Source of the DNA: the human T2T-CHM13v2.0 reference genome, Homo sapiens
Assembly: GCF_009914755.1 (NCBI RefSeq)
Contig: NC_060926.1
Reading direction: 5' to 3' (one strand)
DNA: 64,000 bases
Shown: piece by piece, positions 26,429 to 41,374 of the stretch
Position numbering within the stretch: position 1 is the stretch's first letter
Layout: the number at the start of each line of letters is the position of its first letter
Program-made: the position numbers and the translations under genes
Notes under the pieces: generated by a model
What the model saw: only the letters and a program-made list of their open reading frames with translations
Database searches by the model: none
Told to the model about the DNA's origin: nothing

Positions 26429-28099
26429 TGTGGGATTATATATAAAAGAAGTTATATATGGTACATGTAAATTTAAAGTATCTACATATGATTGTCTTTG
26501 TTCTATTTCACAGTCAGAAACAAGACTCCCCAAAATTGACAAAATAAATAAAATAAGCAATGCGAAATTTTTAATTTAAAAGGATTATAGGTAAATGACC
26601 TACTTTTTAGCTATTTAGGATGACTGAATAGAACTTGAAATATTCACCATCTTTACAGTTTTTATTGGCACATTTTATTGGTTACTATAGACACGTAACC
26701 ATCAAAATGAATATAAAAAGAAGGCTTTTAAGAGGGTCTGTAAAACATACATCAATGATAAAAAAGGAAAGGCATCTCTGTTTCTCCTAATCCATAAGAC
26801 TACTCAGAGTGACTGTGAATCACTCAGACCAATGTCCTTAGTCCCTTCAGAGAAATCTAAGGCATTTAAATTATTGAGTCATGCCTCAATTACATGGTCA
26901 GTGACTCAAAAACATGTTTCTTATTACATAAAATAAATCTTTAAAAAAATGAGTCAGGAAAATGGCAAGAGGGAAATGTAACATGGAAAAGAAAAGAAGC
27001 CAAGATTCCTAAAATTAAAATTTAAGAAAAGGCATACAAGAAAGCAAGAGATAAATTTTCGAAATTACTTAGGAATTGTATGTCTTAACTCATTCAATAA
27101 ACATTATTAAAATCTACCTCTCTGCTGAGACCTGTTTGGTAATAAATTCTGCTAGGTAACAAAGATATACAGAACTCAATACAGCAAACATGCATTATCT
27201 GGGCAAAGAGATATTTAATGCAAGCAAGTAAATTAAAATGTCATTCGATATTAAGCTAATCTAAAATAGCACAGAGAATGAGTTCCCGATCATCCTTTAA
27301 GACCCAGCTCAAATGCTTTCTTTATGAATCCCTCCTTTTTCTGTGCACATCTTTTTTGTGCAATAATCACATATTGCTTGCATTATAAGTGTTTTATATC
27401 ATATTACATTACTGGTCAACAAACTATGAGCTGTGAGCAGAGATTATATTCTCTGCTAAGATGATATTCTCTAACTAAGACAGATTGATTTAGGATGGCA
27501 TCAGAGATTTATTAGGTGGCTGCTCCCCTATCATTTTCTGCTTGTGCCACTTTTGTTCCCCGGCAATCACCCTACCTTTTATTTTCATGCTTTAAGGTCT
27601 TCTAGGACTGACAGAGAAAGCAGTAAGATAACCAGGGGAACTACAATAGCCACCAAAGCAAGCCCTGGGCAAATTGGCATGGCTCAAATCCCTTGCATTT
27701 TCTTTTTTCTACCATTAAATATGCCTCTCTGCTCTCTCCAAACCTGAACCTACTTGGGCCTGTTCAAATTATTCTGTCCCATGTGGCAGACCTTGCTTAT
27801 CTACAAACTAAAGTGTCTTTGGGTCCCATTTTCTCAAGAATCTGTTTTATAAAAGTTCCAATCTTTAAACCAAAAATTATAGTGCCTATTTCAATAGGGA
27901 AGAATAAATTACCCTTATGAGCTATCACACATTCATTTTTAAGGGAGCTTTTTATAAAAGCTTTCTATCCATAAAGCAAACTCTACATATATGAATCAAA
28001 ACCACTGAACAGGGAGCATTCTTTGCTGGCAAATAGGTGAGAGGATTAATTTACTTATGATATAATAATAACATATGAAATAATAATATATCATTACTT

Positions 28100-28340
28100 A
28101 ACAATAATAAAACGTACCACCTTTGGCTACACACAATCAGACACTCTAGGCACCTTATTTACATTACTTCATTCTATTCACACAATAATCTTTGTGAGAA
28201 TAGGGTATGTGGATGTTCTTGTCTCTATGATACATATGTATATATTATGACAAAGAGAAGGTAAATACTTTTTCCAGGATTACTCAGCTGGTACAAGAAA
28301 GATCAAGATTTGATCTTGGATCCACCAGACCCCGAAATAA
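28100..28340 (-). mobile_element. MIR
   Basis: tttacattacttcattctattcacacaataatctttgtgaga...acttttttccaggattactcagctggta...gatttgatcttggatc. Confidence 0.6.
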
Positions 28341-28375
28341 AATCTCTTTTTCAAAAATTTCCCTAAAAATGTTGC

Positions 28376-28793
28376 TGTGGCAGATTCTGTTGGTCATATA
28401 TTAAAAATAGTTCTTTTTGTCTACATTTCCTAGCTTCCTTTGCAGTAAGGTGTGAACATGTGCCTGAGTACTAGGCCAATGAAATAGTAAAAGAAGTCAT
28501 TTGTTCCACTTCTAGGCCAGACGCAAAAATGCCTCCCATTTCCCCTCTGCCAGTTGGAGACTGTTAAGTAAGGCAACCTTGAAAGTCAAATGCTAAATAT
28601 GGCAAAATTTCTATTAGTCTGAGTTGTTGAATGACTATGTGGTATAGAATCCACTTGCATACCCTTTACCTCTAATGCCACTGGATCTGCCTTAAACTAG
28701 TGAATGATTAAAATATTATTTTCTATTGTGCTTGAGTCCTTATACATTTTTAAATTCTATTTGTTACAGCATCTAGCCCACCCTAACTAAAAT
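28376..28793 (+). mobile_element. MLT1J/MLT1I-type MaLR solo LTR
   Basis: tgtggcagattctgttgg...ctacatttcctagcttcctttgcagtaaggtgtgaacatgtg...ggccaatgaaat...tgaatgactatgtgg...tttgttacagcatctagcccaccctaactaa. Confidence 0.8.
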
Positions 28794-30146
28794 GGTCTCA
28801 TGTACAAATGTAGTCTGAAAGGACTTCCCTGAGGAAATAAACTCTAGGCTAAATTATACTCATGACTATGTTTTCCAAAGTTTGGATAATTTAAAATAAT
28901 AAAAGAAATTCATTTAATATTTTAAATGTGGCATCAAAAATATTAAATTTACAATGAGAAAATTATTTTGAGTTAATATTATAATGGTACTGTCGCTAAT
29001 ATAATGTTAATCTATTGCCTAGGAATTATTAACCATTTTGTCAACATGAAAATTCAAGTAAATAAGGCCTCAGATATAATAATAAAACTGGACCACCATC
29101 TTGACCATTTATATTTTCCTGTTATTATTCTATCAATATTCATTTTTAAAATGTGCATTTTAGAAACATAATTTAATTTATAGACCATTAATATTCATTT
29201 TGAATTAGAGATCAGAAAAGATGTTTACTACCCCTTCACTACTTATGTTAAATATTTTCTTCCACGTGCTTCCATGTGCTTATTTCATGTGTTTCCATAA
29301 TTTTCTCTATACTTACCTTGTTTAGTGTCTCATTCAAGCACTAGAAAATTTATAAAATGAAGTATTTTGATTGTGAAAGCCCTGTAACATGAATGAAGAC
29401 ATAGAGAAAACTGAATTGAAAAAATATTCAAAGCAACTTTAGGAAATGACGCTGCATTTGGAAATACAGTTTAGTAACGTAATAATCATTGTCATAGTCA
29501 TATTTTGACTTTGGGATACACTGACCTGAAGGAGAAGAATTGGATCAAATCTAAGTTAAGATCAAGTGGCCTTAAACGTCAACTTCCAGATCCAAGTAGT
29601 GATTATCAATAAGCATAATATGAATACATTAGTAAAACATAAAACTTTCACAGGTTTGCTGCCAAATTTTAAACAATATCTAAAAGTCACTATTCTTAAC
29701 AACTGAGTATCCATACTGAAATGGCAGTGTCTGCTATATATATGTGTATATACATACTCTTGAGTTATCTAATGCAGTATAGAGTAGGATTCTTTGGTCT
29801 CCTCCTTAATTGATATGTTATCTACTAAAAAGTCAAGGTAGAATCCTCGCATTATTCTTAATTTTTTATCAGATTTTGAATAATACTTCAAATGGTGATT
29901 ATCTTTGTGGAGGAGAGGAGAGAAAGGCAGGTGAAAGAATAGGGAGGAACATAAAGCTTTATATATTATAATAATATTTTACAATTGGCTGTGAGCTTAT
30001 AAGCATTGATTATATTATCAAATAAATAAATAAATATAAAAGAAAATAGAGGTGTGTCACGTAAAGGATACTGATACTGAATCATGATGATGAATTCACC
30101 TGTTGACCTAATGTCCTAAAATAAAAAAGAATTAAGCCTATGCTAA

Positions 30147-30538
<392 letters not shown>

Positions 30539-30971
30539 AGCTATACTTTTTTACACAGCATGAAGATCAACCCAGTGGATAACTACTGAATCTTTTAGAG
30601 ATACTACGAGAGTCTTATATAGGAGTGGTGATTGTGTGTTAATTATAACTGATGGTTTTATGTGCTTTAGGATGTTTTTAATACTTTTAAGATATTCTGC
30701 CAAAAATTCTGATTTTTAAGCGTGTGCTCAAATAGAAACAGTTGGGAAACTACTTGTCTGGAAAACATTGAAAAGAATGAAATATTTTAGCAATATTCTC
30801 CTTTAAAATGCTTTAATGAACTCCAGAGGAGTCCTTATAAGATCTGGGACAAAGGTATATTTTGCTGGAGTCTATTAGCACATTCCAGCCCAAAATTCAG
30901 AATGAATCCAGAGATGATCCTCTACAGTTACTTAAGCTTCTCAAAGCTTTTTAAAAGCCTAACTTAAGAAG

Positions 30972-31212
30972 CCATATAGTTCAGTGATTCTAATGCTAGA
31001 TTGTCTGAATTCAAACCCAAGTTTAGCCACTCACTAACTCTCTGGCCAGAGCAAGATACCAACATTCTCTCTGGTTTGGTTTCCTCCTCTGAAAAAGGGG
31101 GATAATCAAGATACCTATGATATAGAATTACTGTGAGATTTAAGTTAATATAAAGTTCTTAGAATTTAATGCCCCACATATAGTAAGAACCCCGAGATAT
31201 TAGCTATTATTA
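30972..31212 (+). mobile_element. MIR
   Basis: ctgaattcaaacccaag...gccactcactaactct...gtttcctcctctgaaaagggggataat...tgtgagatttaag...ttagctattatta. Confidence 0.8.
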
Positions 31213-31786
31213 CCCTTACAGAAATTTCATGGCCTACAGAGATCTCCAAAAAAGGGGTTTCAATTATTTTAATGTGGCAGATATTTAGATGGGACTGGTT
31301 CACAATACCTACTTAAGCCATAGCAGACCCAAACCAATTATTCTAATATGTATTATATTTTTTACTTAATGACATGAGTAGTTTTTTTGAATTATTTCTT
31401 AAAAGAAGTTCTTTAAACATCTCTAATTGTGATTTTTACTCCTCAATCCACAGAGGAAGATAAAGTTTAAGAATTTCTTCAAAGTTTTCATCATAATAAC
31501 CTCCTACATTTTAAACAAATAAGAATGTGTCTGTACATAAAAACAAAAAATAAAATCATTCTGATGTATAATCTGATTGTTTTCAAAGAACAATAAATGT
31601 ATATTATTCCATTTTAATGACTGTATATTAATCAATTGGTATTGTATATTTATGTAACCATTTAATCCCATATTTTAGATATTTTAAATAATCTTTACCA
31701 TACTTTTTCTATTGTTAAAAAACATATAAATGTCTTATTTTTCCAGATGTCAGAATATTGTCCTGTAATATAGTTATAAAATATCA

Positions 31787-32116
<330 letters not shown>

Positions 32117-32166
32117 GGAAGGAAGGAAGGAAGGAAGGGGGGAAGGGGGGAAGGGAGGGAGGGAGG
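32117..32166 (+). repeat. (GGAA)n/(GGGA)n purine tract after the Alu tail
   Basis: Directly visible. Confidence 0.9.
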
Positions 32167-33562
32167 TTGCAACTTTGTCTTCCAAATCAATGGGATTTTA
32201 CAAGGTTGCATTCATACCTTGTTATTACACTCCTCTCTTTCCTATATCTTAACAACATGATTTTTAAATTCTGCCAAGCTTATGGTCAAAGATTATAGAA
32301 AAGTGTTAATTCTATGTGGATATATTTGACTAAATATGAACATTTCTCACATTTTCAATTGTTTGTTGTTTTTATATTGTGTTCATTTTTCTATCAGGGC
32401 ATCTATTTATCTTAGTTCCTGGAAAGGTTGTAATCTATTAAGGATATTGATCAATTGTCAAATGTATCAACTAATGTTTCCAGACTTATTTTAATATTGT
32501 TTATAATATCTATAGTGTTGTTTTAAAATGGGAGAAACTGATAACTCTTTACTTGCCAAAATTAGGAATATGAAACATCATACGGCCATTTCAAAAGTGT
32601 CATTTTTGAGAAATGTTACATGAAAAGGAAAAATGTGAATAGTGATAATATCTGAAAAGAATAATCAGGAAATAAACTCATATATATATAAATTAATGAT
32701 CACTGAAATATAACCTGATACATATATATGTGTGTGTGTGTGTATATATATACACATATATATATACACACATATATATGTATTATAACCTCAAAGTTGG
32801 AAAAGAGAATGTATATTTAAGGCAGTAAAGCTATATAGTAAAATATTCATTATCTCTGGGTAATGGGGTTATGGGTGTTTGTTTTGTTGTCTTCTCTTTA
32901 TTCTTTTCTCTGGAGCACATATATGTGGTTTTTAAAATCAGGAAAATGTATTAGTAAAACCAAACTTTATTCAGTGACAGCTTGAACCAAATATCCAACA
33001 TAAGAAAAGCTGATGTCACTTAAAGATTTCCACACTTCTCTGAAAACATAATAAAATTTTATGGCTATACAAGATCAATAGTTCATCCTAACAAACACGC
33101 TCATCCAAAATGCCAACATGATCATTGTAATGTTAATTAAATTTTATTGTCACAATAAGTTAAGAATGGCAAGACTGCAGGCTGAGATGTTGACTTAAAG
33201 ATGGAGCTAAATGTTTTATTGCTAGATTTGCTTATAGACAGAGCTAATTACTTAAATTACATTTACATGTTTTTGTTACTAAAACAATTGTATTTGTAAA
33301 AGACAGTGCATTTAAAAGAAGGATAATTTTACATGCCTCTACAATTTGATCAAGTTATGACAATAATTCATGAAAGCATTTAATGAGGAATCTCATCTTA
33401 AAAAAAAAGTGATTACACCAACTCATTGATTCTTATTCAAGATTTTTCAAGGCTTAAAAGACCAAAGCAGATAGCATATTAATTTATTAGTGTATAAATA
33501 TGTTTTCTGAAAACAACTTCTATTTCAAGATATGTCTGAAAATATTTATATTGTTCATTCTA

Positions 33563-33867
33563 TTTATTTTATTATTATTATTTTTGATACGGAGTCTCGC
33601 TCTGTTGCCCAGGTTGGAGTGCAGTGGCGTGATCTTGGCTGACTGCAACCTCTGCCTCCTGGGTTCAAGCGATTCTCTTACCTCAGCCTCCCAATTAGCT
33701 GGACTAAAGATGCCCACCACCACGCCTGACTAATTTTTGTATTTTTAGTAGAGACAGGGTTTCACCATGTTGGCCAGACTGATCTCAAACTCCTGACCTC
33801 AAATGATCTGCCCACCTTGGCCTCAGAAAGTGCTGGGATTATAGGTGCGAGCCACTGCACCTGGCCC
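33563..33867 (-). mobile_element. AluS (Sx/Sz-like)
   Basis: Full dimer; perfect 15-bp TSD atattgttcattcta at 33548-33562 and 33868-33882. Confidence 0.95.
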
Positions 33868-34162
33868 ATATTGTTCATTCTAAACATTCTATATTAAGAT
33901 CTATATTATTTACCAATCCTACCTATAGAAAGAAATGATATGAGGCAAATATTTTCAGACATATCTTGAAATTAAAATGGTTTAATTATTATTGTTCTAC
34001 AGTCCAACTGATACAAAAGTATTAAGGGGTTATTTACTTTAACACTTGTTTATGATGAAATGTGATTCTGCACAATGGTGATCACTCAGATTTTGTCAAT
34101 CTATTCACCTTCAATCTAAGGGCTGCTATTAATAAGTCATGCCTCCTCTGATATATATTTTA

Positions 34163-34548
<386 letters not shown>

Positions 34549-34734
34549 TCAGAGTGCTTTGAGAGTCTATGGGGGCGGAGAAAAACTTTAATGAAATCAA
34601 ATGATATGTTAGGCAGGCTGAAAGGACTGTGAACCAGGAAGGGGAAGTGCCATGAGAAAACCTGGAAAAAGCGAAGCTAGAAGTTATAGTGAAGGAAAAG
34701 TGGCAAGATGTGTGGTTAGAAAGATGACAAAACC

Positions 34735-35045
34735 CTCAGTCTGTGCCAGAGTTTGGACTTTATACCAAGGACAATAGGAAACCTTTGAAAGATTGTAAGT
34801 AGAGAAGGGACATGATTACTTTTGCATTTCAAAACACTCTTGCTGGAGTGGGGAAGAGGATTTGGAAGGGAACCGGCCAAGAGGCTACTGCAGTTATGCT
34901 GTGGCCTAATGGGGAGGTGGTGAAGCACCTAGGGCCTAGCTGACCTGGGGAGACATTTAGTAAGAATCAATAGGACTTAGTGAATAACTGACCATGACAG
35001 TGAAAGACAGGAGGTGTCAAGATTGACAGACTGCCAGGCTTGGAG
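34735..35045 (-). mobile_element. L2 fragment
   Basis: gagtttggactttatacc...gacatgattacttttgcatttcaaaacactct...gaggctactgcagt...agaatcaataggacttagtga...ggaggtgtcaagattgac. Confidence 0.7.
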
Positions 35046-35769
35046 CCCCATATCTTTATTTTTATAGAATACAAATAACTTCAAATCAGTGATCACTAAA
35101 ATTTAACCTGATACCTAAAAGAGTTCTCTTGATAAAATCTTATATAGTTCCCTTTTAGTCAGCAAAGACAAATAGTTTAGATAGATCATCAAAATTTTAC
35201 ATTGAATAGATTTTTCTTATTATGTATTTTAGTATACATTAACAAAACTATGGGATTTGGTCTCTGAAACTGAAGCTATTGAGGAGAGCAATATTGAGCA
35301 AAGAGAAATGAAATTTTATAAATCCACTTTTTCTGATTATCTGTGTAAGAACAAGATATTTTCAACTGACCATTATTTGAACAATAATTTACCCACTCTG
35401 TCTCTGAACTTTAATAAAAAGATATAACTCTTGAAAGATAAACTGGCTACTTGGGTCTGGGGCAACAATTTTTTGTTAAAACTCTTAGCAAACTCTTCTC
35501 AAAATTAATTAATATTTGCATGTATATAGTACAACCTAAAAGAGCACCTCTCATATTAGTAGCTCAATAAATGCTAGCTGAATCTGAAGTAAATTGCTAG
35601 AGAATGCTATGTTTTGGTTCATAACGATACAGCACTTAATGCCAATTTTAAGTTAGGTATAAAAGAGTGTTCATACGGTAAGCATTAGCCTTAAAAATTA
35701 ATCATGGACTTTATTATTTACCCAATGTCTGTGTATTCATTTCTGCTTTCACTAGTCAGAACACATGGA

Positions 35770-35970
35770 TCCAGCATTAGACATGGATCCCAGTCACAGT
35801 TTTACCATTAGGCCATTATTAGCTCTGCAGTCTTGAACGAGACTTAACTAGCAATGTAGTCAGAATTTCTTCATTTGTAATATACCATGACTTCCTTACA
35901 GAGTTATTGTGAAGATCAAGTAAGATAATATATATGAAAAGATAAAACCCAATATAAATAGAAGATTAGC
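35770..35970 (+). mobile_element. MIR
   Basis: tattagctctgcagtcttgaacgagacttaac...tttcttcatttgtaa...cttacagagttattgtgaagatcaagtaagataatatatatgaaa. Confidence 0.7.
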
Positions 35971-36424
35971 TTACTTCATGACTGGCCTCTAAATAAATGT
36001 TTTGATTAGATATGCCTTCTCTACAAAAGCTGGTTTGAAAGCTCATATTGATTTGAAATACAAGTGCTTTGAAAAAGTTTTTATATTTGTTAATATATTT
36101 ACACTACTAAAACAGATCTGCACAATATGTGGTATAACAGTTTTTGCAAGTGTACCAAGAAATGACTGAACATACACCAAAATAAATAAATGAAATAAGC
36201 TTAGCTTATGAAGTATTTATAATAATAAATGTTCTCATTTCAGAGAAGAAATTAACCATTATGTTTATTAAACATGATGATAAAATTATAATCTTATTTT
36301 TGTACATGGATTGCGTTATTATATAATTTTTTTTATTCTCCTTGGCAATCTATTACTGTGGTTTAGAGTATAGAGTAAGGCTCTCAGTAAAACTAAAAGG
36401 CCACAAACATAATTATTGAAAACT

Positions 36425-37286
36425 CGGGATGCCATTACATACCTATCAGAATGGGTAAAATAAAACAACAGTGACACCAAATACTGACAGGGATGTAGAG
36501 TGACTGGAACAAACATATATTACTACTGGGAATATAAAATAGCATGGCTACTCTGGAAAATAGTTTGAGGTTTCTCATATTTTTATATACAATCTATTAA
36601 TTGTATTCTCGGCCATTTATTCCTCAGTTATGAAAACTTACATTTACACAAAACCCTTTGTACTAAAGTTCACAGCAACTTTATTTGTAATAGTCAGAAA
36701 CTGAAATCAGCCCCAATATTCTTTAACAGGTGAATGGTTTAATAAACAGTGGTGCATACACACTTCAGAAAACTCAGCATAAAAAAGGAATGTGTTGTTA
36801 CACATATAACCTGGAATGAAACTCCAGAGGCTTTATGCTGAGTGAAAAAAAGTCAATCTCAAAGATTCCATACTTTATTATCTATTTATATAAAATGTTT
36901 TATATGATAAAATTTCAGAAATGGAGGACAGATTAGTGATTGCCACAGGTTAGGGATTGGGCGGGCTTTGGAGGAATGTGGATGTGGTTATAAAAGGTGA
37001 ATAAATCGATCCTTTCAGTATCCTGACGGTGGTGGTGAACACAAGAGCCTACCCAGGTGATAAAACCATGTAGAACTTATACACACACGAGTTCAAAGAA
37101 AACTTGAGAAACCTGAATAAGACCAGTAGATGGTGTCAATGTCAACTTTTTGATTATAATATTATACTATAGTTTTGTAAAATGTGACTACTGTGTTAAC
37201 TGAGCAAAATGTACAAGGGCTTCTGTGTATTATTTATTACAACTGCATGTGAATCTGCAATTATCTCTTAAAATGTTCAATTAAAA
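36425..37286 (+). mobile_element. Old L1 3' end (L1MD-like)
   Basis: gatgccattacatacctatcagaatgg...ctactctggaaaatagtttg...atgctgagtgaaaaaaagtcaatctcaaaga...tacaactgcatgtgaatctgcaattatctc. Confidence 0.85.
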
Positions 37287-37918
37287 GTCAGTAATTTGCA
37301 TAAGTGGTATTAAAAAAACAACTGCATGTGTATAAATACAGGGGTTTGTAAATTAATAAACTCTAAAGCCTTATTTTTGTTTTATTTTGTACAAAAAGAA
37401 ATAAAAACATTTTTATATAGTTTTATCAATAAATATCATACCAAAAATAATTAATGAAACACAGCTCATTAGTTTTTCTTCATGATATATTTTGTTTCAT
37501 TCAACTTTTACGTGATACCAGCATATGTACTTTGTTATAATTGTTTCCCATATGCAAATAAATGTCAGGGTTGGAAGACCTGTTGTTTATTCAGTTCAGA
37601 AATAAGACTAATTATATCTACTAATTAGTCATTTATTGGCTTTGTAAAACAATTATTTTATAAACAGTTATAATTAAATTATCTCAAGAAATTCAAATTT
37701 CAAAACAGAACATTGGTGAACTTGGTTTTTATTACTGTAGTTAGTAAAACAGATCAAATAGATTTTGCGAAGGCCTTAGAAAGTTCAAAAAAAATTGTTA
37801 AATGTACTTCTTTTCTCCTAGGTTTCATTTCTCTGGCTGCAAAAAGTAAATATTTTAATGAAAGTGTCCTGCTTGGATCCTCGGAAATTTTGGGAGATTT
37901 CTCGATTTAAAAGCAAAT

Positions 37919-38483
37919 GCAGCTACTACGAAAAGCAGTATAAGGTTCTTCAAACAATTAAAAATAGAACTACATACCAGCAGTCTCACTGCTGCATATC
38001 AATCCAAAAGAATTATAATCAGAATCTCAGAGAGATATTTGTACTCCCATATTCATTGTAGCACTATTTACAATATCCAAGATATGAAAACAACCTAAAT
38101 ATACGTTGCCAAGTAAAATGTGTCATATACATAAACTGGAATATTATTCAACCTTAAAAAAGAAGTAAATCCTGCAATATGTGACAAGAATGAACATTGA
38201 GGACATTATACCAAGTTAAATAAGCCAGTCATAGAAAAACAAATACTGCGTGGGACAATTTATATGAGATACTAAAGTAATGAAATTCATAGAAGCACAG
38301 AGTAGAATGGTGACTGCCAGGGACTAGGGGCTTGGGGAAATGGGAAGTTGCTAATCGACAGGTACAAAGTTTCATTTATGGAAGATGAATAAATTCTAAA
38401 GTTAATAATAATGTATTATGCACTTAAAAACCTCTTGAGGATACATCTCATGTTGTGTTCTTACTACAATAAAATAAAATAAA
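37919..38483 (+). mobile_element. Old L1 3' end (L1MA9/MA10/MB1-like)
   Basis: aattaaaaatagaactac...gagatatttgtactcccatattcattgtagcactattt...catagaagcacagagtagaatggtgactgccagg...tctcatgttgtgttcttactacaataaaa. Confidence 0.85.
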
Positions 38484-38994
38484 CCAAATTTTAACTTGAG
38501 TTCTCTCTCACATCTTCTTTAGGCAGGCCTGCTAGCCATAACTTCTCTGATACTTGCTCCTGACATCTTCCTGAAGTTTAAGAAGGCAGGTAAAGGCATT
38601 GTAGACTGAACGTTTCAGATGGCTTCAAACTACTTAATAAGAGCCATCATTTTTAAGTAACCCCCTAAATAACAGGTTTTAGAGTCTGATTAGTTGAGAT
38701 GCAAAGTTTATTCACACGAGCCATGAGGGAAGAGAGAAAAGCAGAATCCTAAAGTGGAAGTGAAAACTATAATACACCCTCAGTTCCAGCAGAAGCTCAA
38801 AGATAGTAAATCTTGCCACAAGTCAATGGCCAAGTCAAGACTAGAATTACTTTCTCAAGTCATCCTTTTTCCTCCTCTTTCTTCAATACTCAATAAACTA
38901 CTTATTTTTCAAAACTTAGATCAAATTCTGTTAATCCCACCTGGACCCCAGGCAGAAGTAATCACTCTTCCCGTTGTTCCCACAGTGTCCCTCA

Positions 38995-39227
38995 TTATTG
39001 ATTCACTCATTTATCCATCTGTTCTTTGATTCAACAAATATTTTTGAGCAATGACTATGTGCCCAACACCTAGTGCCAAGAAAAAAACCTCTGTCCTTAT
39101 GACACTGGTAGTAGTAAAAGGGAAAACAGATAATAAGTTTTTAAAAAGTAAAATACAGAACATGTGAGTTATGGCATGTTAGAGGATGACAAGTAAAAGA
39201 AAATCAGCAGGGCAAACAGCTGGAAAG
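38995..39227 (-). mobile_element. L2 3' portion, apparently continuing at about 40165-40255 after the L1 insertion
   Basis: attcactcatttatcc...ttcaacaaatatttttgagcaatgactatgtgcc; downstream ggaaaggcctcagtagaaag...aaagatctgaaagaggtgagg. Confidence 0.65.
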
Positions 39228-39248
39228 TGTGCATTTGTTGTAGGGGGA

Positions 39249-40152
39249 TTTTTTTAACTTTTATTTTAGGTTCAGGGGTACATGTGAAGGTTTGTTACAT
39301 AAGTCAACTCGTGTCACAGAGGTTTGCAGTACAGATTATTTCAGCACCCAGGTGTTAAGCCCAGTACCTAATAGTTATCTTTTCTACTCCTCTCCCTCCT
39401 CCCACTCTCCACTCTCAAGTAGTCCCCAATATCTCTTGTTCCCCTTCTTTGTGCTCACGAGTTCTCATCATTTAGCTCCCACTTATAAGTGAAAACATGT
39501 GGTATTTGGCTTTCTGTTCCTACATTAGTTTGCTAAGTATAATAGCCTCCAGCTCCATCCATGTCCCCACAAAATACATGATCTCATTCTTTTTTATGGC
39601 TGCATAATATTCCTTGGTATATATGTACCACATTTTCTTTATCCAGTCTATCATTAATTGGCATTTAGGTTGATTCCATGTCTTTGCAAAGTATGCATCT
39701 GACAAAGGTTAAATATCCAGCATCCGTAAGGAACTTAAATTTACAAGGGAAAAACAAATCCATTAAAAATTGGGCAAAGGACATGAACAGACACTTTTCA
39801 AAAGAAGACATACATGCGGCCAACAAGCATATGAAAAAAAATTTGATATCACTTATTATCAGAGAAATGCAAATCAAACCACAATGAGATACCATCTCAC
39901 ACCAGTCAGAATGGCTGTTATTAAAAAGTAAAAATAACAGAGGCCGGTGAGGTTGCAGAGAAAAGGGAACACTTATATACCGTTAGCAGGTGTGTAAACT
40001 AGTTCAACTATGTGGAAAGCAGTACAGTGATTCCTCAGAGAACTAAAGGCAGAACTACCATTGGACTCAGCAATCCCATTACTGGGTATATACTCAGAGG
40101 AATTTAAATCATTCTACCATAAAGACACATGCACACGAATGTTCATGGCAGC
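39249..40152 (-). mobile_element. L1PA15/16-like element with 5' inversion
   Basis: 39249-39687 is an L1 3' end on the minus strand; 39683-40152 is the immediately upstream L1 segment in + orientation ([25 protein letters not shown]). Confidence 0.92.
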
Positions 40153-41374
40153 TTTGTGCATTTGGAGATGAATACAGTTCTAAATAGGACAGCCTGGAAA
40201 GGCCTCAGTAGAAAGAATAACACTTCATAAAAGATCTGAAAGAGGTGAGGATATATTTTCACAATTAATCATGCACATCTGTTTCCCTTAGATCTTCAAA
40301 GTTATGAACATACTTCAATTATTTTTGTATGCTGGCTCCTAGGGAGCAGCCACACTTAGTAAGTACATAATGTTGGATGAAATATCTCAGGTTTCTGAAC
40401 TTAAATTTCAGTTGTCTTTCAACTACACAAGGCTTTGTACTTCAGAAAATTGATGAATTTGAATACAACACTGATGTAAATCAACAGCACAACTAGAACT
40501 TCTACACTCTCGCTGCTCAACAACTTAATTTAATAGGGGTATGATTTTCTAAATGTTGTAGCCCAACACATGCAGGAAACATGAAGAAAACTGAATCCTA
40601 AGAATATCGAGGGACAAGCCCAAAACCATACACAGTGTGAACTAATAAACCTCCTAAACCTACATTTCACAACATGAAAAATAATGAAGTGCTAAGTAAT
40701 ACATTTGATCAATTTTTGTCTCTATTTCTGATTTTATTCCCATAGTATGGCCAATTTTATATTCAGCACTACTACCATCACCAATAGGAGCCTGAGAAGT
40801 TTCATGCACGTTGTACCTGTGTACCTGTGACTATAGGCTAAGTTTAAGACATGTGTGCCTCCAAATACCTGCCAGCAGTGATACCTTATGTCCTAGTACA
40901 TCGAAATACAAAGAAGAACTCCTTGAGAGTCTAAAGGAGACTACAAAAATCGGTTCACTTTGGACAGATAATATGACCACAGATCTAGAACTAGTATGAC
41001 CACTCAGTCTGGGATGATGAAATGGCCAATTTCTTGGTATAAAATGAGAACAGCACACATGGCTGAAAGCCATATTAGAGGCAAAATTACTACTACTTAT
41101 GTGCTGTTACAAATTGCAGATAAAAGATGATTACACATATTATAGTTATCTAGTTTTCATTATAAGGACTAAATGATTTAAGATTACAGAAAAGCCAGAC
41201 TGAATGAAGAGTAAAGGACGGGTACATTAATGAAACATTCGCCTTTGTTGCTCACTGTTAAAAACCTCTCAGAGACTCATCGTTGACTGGGAACTGACTC
41301 TGGTTGTCATTTGGGATAATGTATTTGTGAGTCAATTGATTAATGGTTCAAAAATACCAATACTTGCATTATGA

